From Kiritimatiellia bacterium (GTDB lineage: Bacteria; Verrucomicrobiota; Kiritimatiellia; JAAZAB01): DNA of 64,000 nucleotides. Shown here in pieces: positions 62,169 to 64,000 of this stretch. The stretch lies in contig JAXGPF010000003.1 of NCBI GenBank assembly GCA_040767085.1, positions 416,001 through 480,000 of the forward strand, in the 5' to 3' direction. Both the position numbers and the translations under genes were made by a program. Below the pieces are notes generated by a model, which had not been told where the DNA came from, made no database searches, and saw nothing but the letters and a program-made list of their open reading frames with translations. Numbering within the stretch: position 1 is the first letter of the stretch; every line of letters begins with the position of its first letter.

Positions 62169-63336
62169 CAGTACCAAATCGGAGAGGCTGAGCGAAATAT
62201 TTGGATACATCGGCGAAGAACTTGATATTCCTGAAAATATCTTCTTAACCGCAAGAAGACGGTATTCGATGCTTGCAGATTGGCTCAAGGATGATCATCT
62301 GGAGCGGTTTGCATCCGACGCCAGCATCTACCATCAAGGATCACTTCGCCTTGGGACGGCAGTGCGTCCTGTCAAGGATAATGATGAGTATGATGTTGAC
62401 CTTGTCTATTGTAGGGACATCAAAAAAGAGAGTACAACACAAGAGAAACTCAAGAACGAGCTCGAAGAACAGTTGCGCAGATATCTTAGGCACCTTCAGG
62501 CACAGAAGGAGAGCTTGCCGGAACTTGTTGCTGGGCGGCGATGCTGGACGCTCGACTACAAGGGGCAGTTCCATATGGATTTGTTGCCAGCAATTCCTGA
62601 CGACGAAGCTGATGCCTACAATCTCCGCAACATTTGTGACGGTATCATTATACCCGATCGCAAGCTTCATGAGTGGCAACACAGTAATCCTAAGGGATAT
62701 GCGGACTGGTTTAGTGAACAACAGAAGGTGTTGCTTACTGAATGGCGAGCAAAGATGGCAAAAGCACAAGATGTAGATATAGAGACGATTCCTAAGGAAA
62801 GAGTGCCTACTCCGTTGAGGAGGGTCGTTCAAATACTGAAACGGCACCGCGATATCCGCTATCATGGAACTCCAGATGATAAGCCGATTTCCATAATCAT
62901 CACAACATTAGCTGCCAAGGCCTATAGCGGAGAAGTAAATATCTATGACGCTCTAGCATCTACCGTGACAAAAATGCGGGATGGCATCATGAAGGTGAAT
63001 GGTGAATGGTGGGTTTCGAATCCCATAAATCCCAACGAGAACTTCGCAGATAAGTGGAAGGAAGGCGAAGATCCGCAGAGAGCTATGCGTTTCTTCGAGT
63101 GGCTTGACCAGGTTGAAGCAGACATTACTGCTGCAGGAAAACAGACTGGCATTCATCGTCTTGTGGAAAGCCTTTCTCCGGTCTTTGGTAGCGCACTAGT
63201 GAAGCGTGCGGCGGAACGGTACGGAAAGTCGGTCGATGGTGCACATCAGAGCGGAACCCTGAAGATGGCCGCGAAGACAGGGATACTGGGTGTCATCGGG
63301 ACAACAGTAAAGAAAAATACCTGGTATGGGTCCTAA
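62158..63336 (+). CDS. CD-NTase (cGAS/DncV-like, SMODS) CBASS cyclase
   Basis: QGSLRLGTAVRP..EYDVDLV, RCWTL, MDLLPA, SNPKGYADWF, KPISIIITTL and NP.N..ENFADKW; tail KKNTWYGS; GAGGAG RBS. Confidence 0.93.
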   Translation: MLIDSTKSERLSEIFGYIGEELDIPENIFLTARRRYSMLADWLKDDHLERFASDASIYHQGSLRLGTAVRPVKDNDEYDVDLVYCRDIKKESTTQEKLKNELEEQLRRYLRHLQAQKESLPELVAGRRCWTLDYKGQFHMDLLPAIPDDEADAYNLRNICDGIIIPDRKLHEWQHSNPKGYADWFSEQQKVLLTEWRAKMAKAQDVDIETIPKERVPTPLRRVVQILKRHRDIRYHGTPDDKPISIIITTLAAKAYSGEVNIYDALASTVTKMRDGIMKVNGEWWVSNPINPNENFADKWKEGEDPQRAMRFFEWLDQVEADITAAGKQTGIHRLVESLSPVFGSALVKRAAERYGKSVDGAHQSGTLKMAAKTGILGVIGTTVKKNTWYGS

Positions 63337-63805
63337 TAAGACATATTTTAATACCCATTCGGGGCCGTTGACGATTGCCGTTCAGGGGGCTGGATTGAGG
63401 CGGCAAATCCCATCCTCGACACTTCAGTTTAACAAAAATGTTTCTCTCACATGGATTGGGTGTGTGCAACCGAGCGAGCTCAGTGATTTCTACACGATCA
63501 AAATAAAGTACAGATTGCGTGAGCGACCGCATGTCAGCGTCCTGGCGCCGGAGCTGATGCCTCGGAAAGGTGAACGGATACCTCACCTATTCCCGGGGAA
63601 GGAGCTATGCCTCTTCCGTTACAAATACTACGAATGGAACTCACGCATGCATCTTGCTGATACCATCCTACCGTGGTCATCAATCTGGCTGTTGCACTAT
63701 GAGATATGGCATGCAACCGGAGTTTGGTGCGGCAGTAAACAGGAGCACCCAGAGGACAATATGCTGAAGGAGCCGGAACAGATGACCGAGGATATAAACA
63801 AATGA
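63326..63805 (+). CDS. Stand-alone prokaryotic E2-like protein of short type II CBASS
   Basis: W.G.VQP, IPHLF...LCLF (His/Cys), EW....LADTILPW..WL.HYEIW..TG.W; overlaps the cyclase stop. Confidence 0.85.
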   Translation: MGPNKTYFNTHSGPLTIAVQGAGLRRQIPSSTLQFNKNVSLTWIGCVQPSELSDFYTIKIKYRLRERPHVSVLAPELMPRKGERIPHLFPGKELCLFRYKYYEWNSRMHLADTILPWSSIWLLHYEIWHATGVWCGSKQEHPEDNMLKEPEQMTEDINK

Positions 63806-64000
63806 GCCGATCAATGGGTTCCGAACACAACACCGTGCAAGCGCCACTGATTAGGTATGCGGAGGAAGTCGGATGGACTTATGTGCCGCCCTCCGAGTCC
63901 GTGATCTTGCGGAAAGGCAAAGGCGGATTGCTGTTCAACCGGATTCTGGCTGAGAAGTTGATCAAGCTGAATCCCGGACTGATGACCGCAGACAATGCGC
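63802..64000 (+). CDS. hsdR: Type I restriction endonuclease subunit R, 5' part
   Basis: ATGA overlap with the E2 gene; MSRSMGSEHNTVQAPLIRYAEEVGWTYV...LAEKLIKLNP resembles HsdR N-termini; open to the window end. Confidence 0.7.
   Translation, partial: MSRSMGSEHNTVQAPLIRYAEEVGWTYVPPSESVILRKGKGGLLFNRILAEKLIKLNPGLMTADNA

Overview
GC-rich bacterial chromosome segment, probably PVC superphylum (Kiritimatiellota/Lentisphaerota-like; inferred from protein style and a C-terminal GTxFxFR motif, not from a marker gene). 1-13.7 kb: katG, a DUF4838-like protein, M55 peptidase, AMMECR1-family protein, GH4 alpha-galactosidase with a 1-nt frameshift, rhomboid, iorAB and a tandem MBL hydrolase. 13.7-34 kb: a long minus-strand glycan-catabolism locus (GH95-like enzyme, three paralogous GH20-domain-2 proteins, a CBM9-like multidomain protein, SGNH esterase, two BNR/sialidase-like proteins, an atypical DapA-family aldolase) with a divergent XylR-type regulator. 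34-39.6 kb: rpsB-tsf, radical SAM/SPASM, GT4, and several small repeat families. 40.3-49.2 kb: accessory defence island with an integron-type cassette and canonical attC (no integrase seen), a type IIG RM fusion, an MNT-HEPN pair, a PLD-SF2 helicase and an Hsp70 gene truncated after 49 codons. 49.3-59.6 kb: oxidoreductase, degraded transposase, hisD-C-B-A, M16 peptidase, frameshifted AsmA-like gene. 60-64 kb: an IS1202/ISNCY-like element abutting a 5'-truncated patatin effector of a short type II (E2-only) CBASS operon, which is translationally coupled to a type I hsdR running off the window. No rRNA, tRNA or CRISPR array was seen. All calls are from reading motifs by eye; no searches were run.
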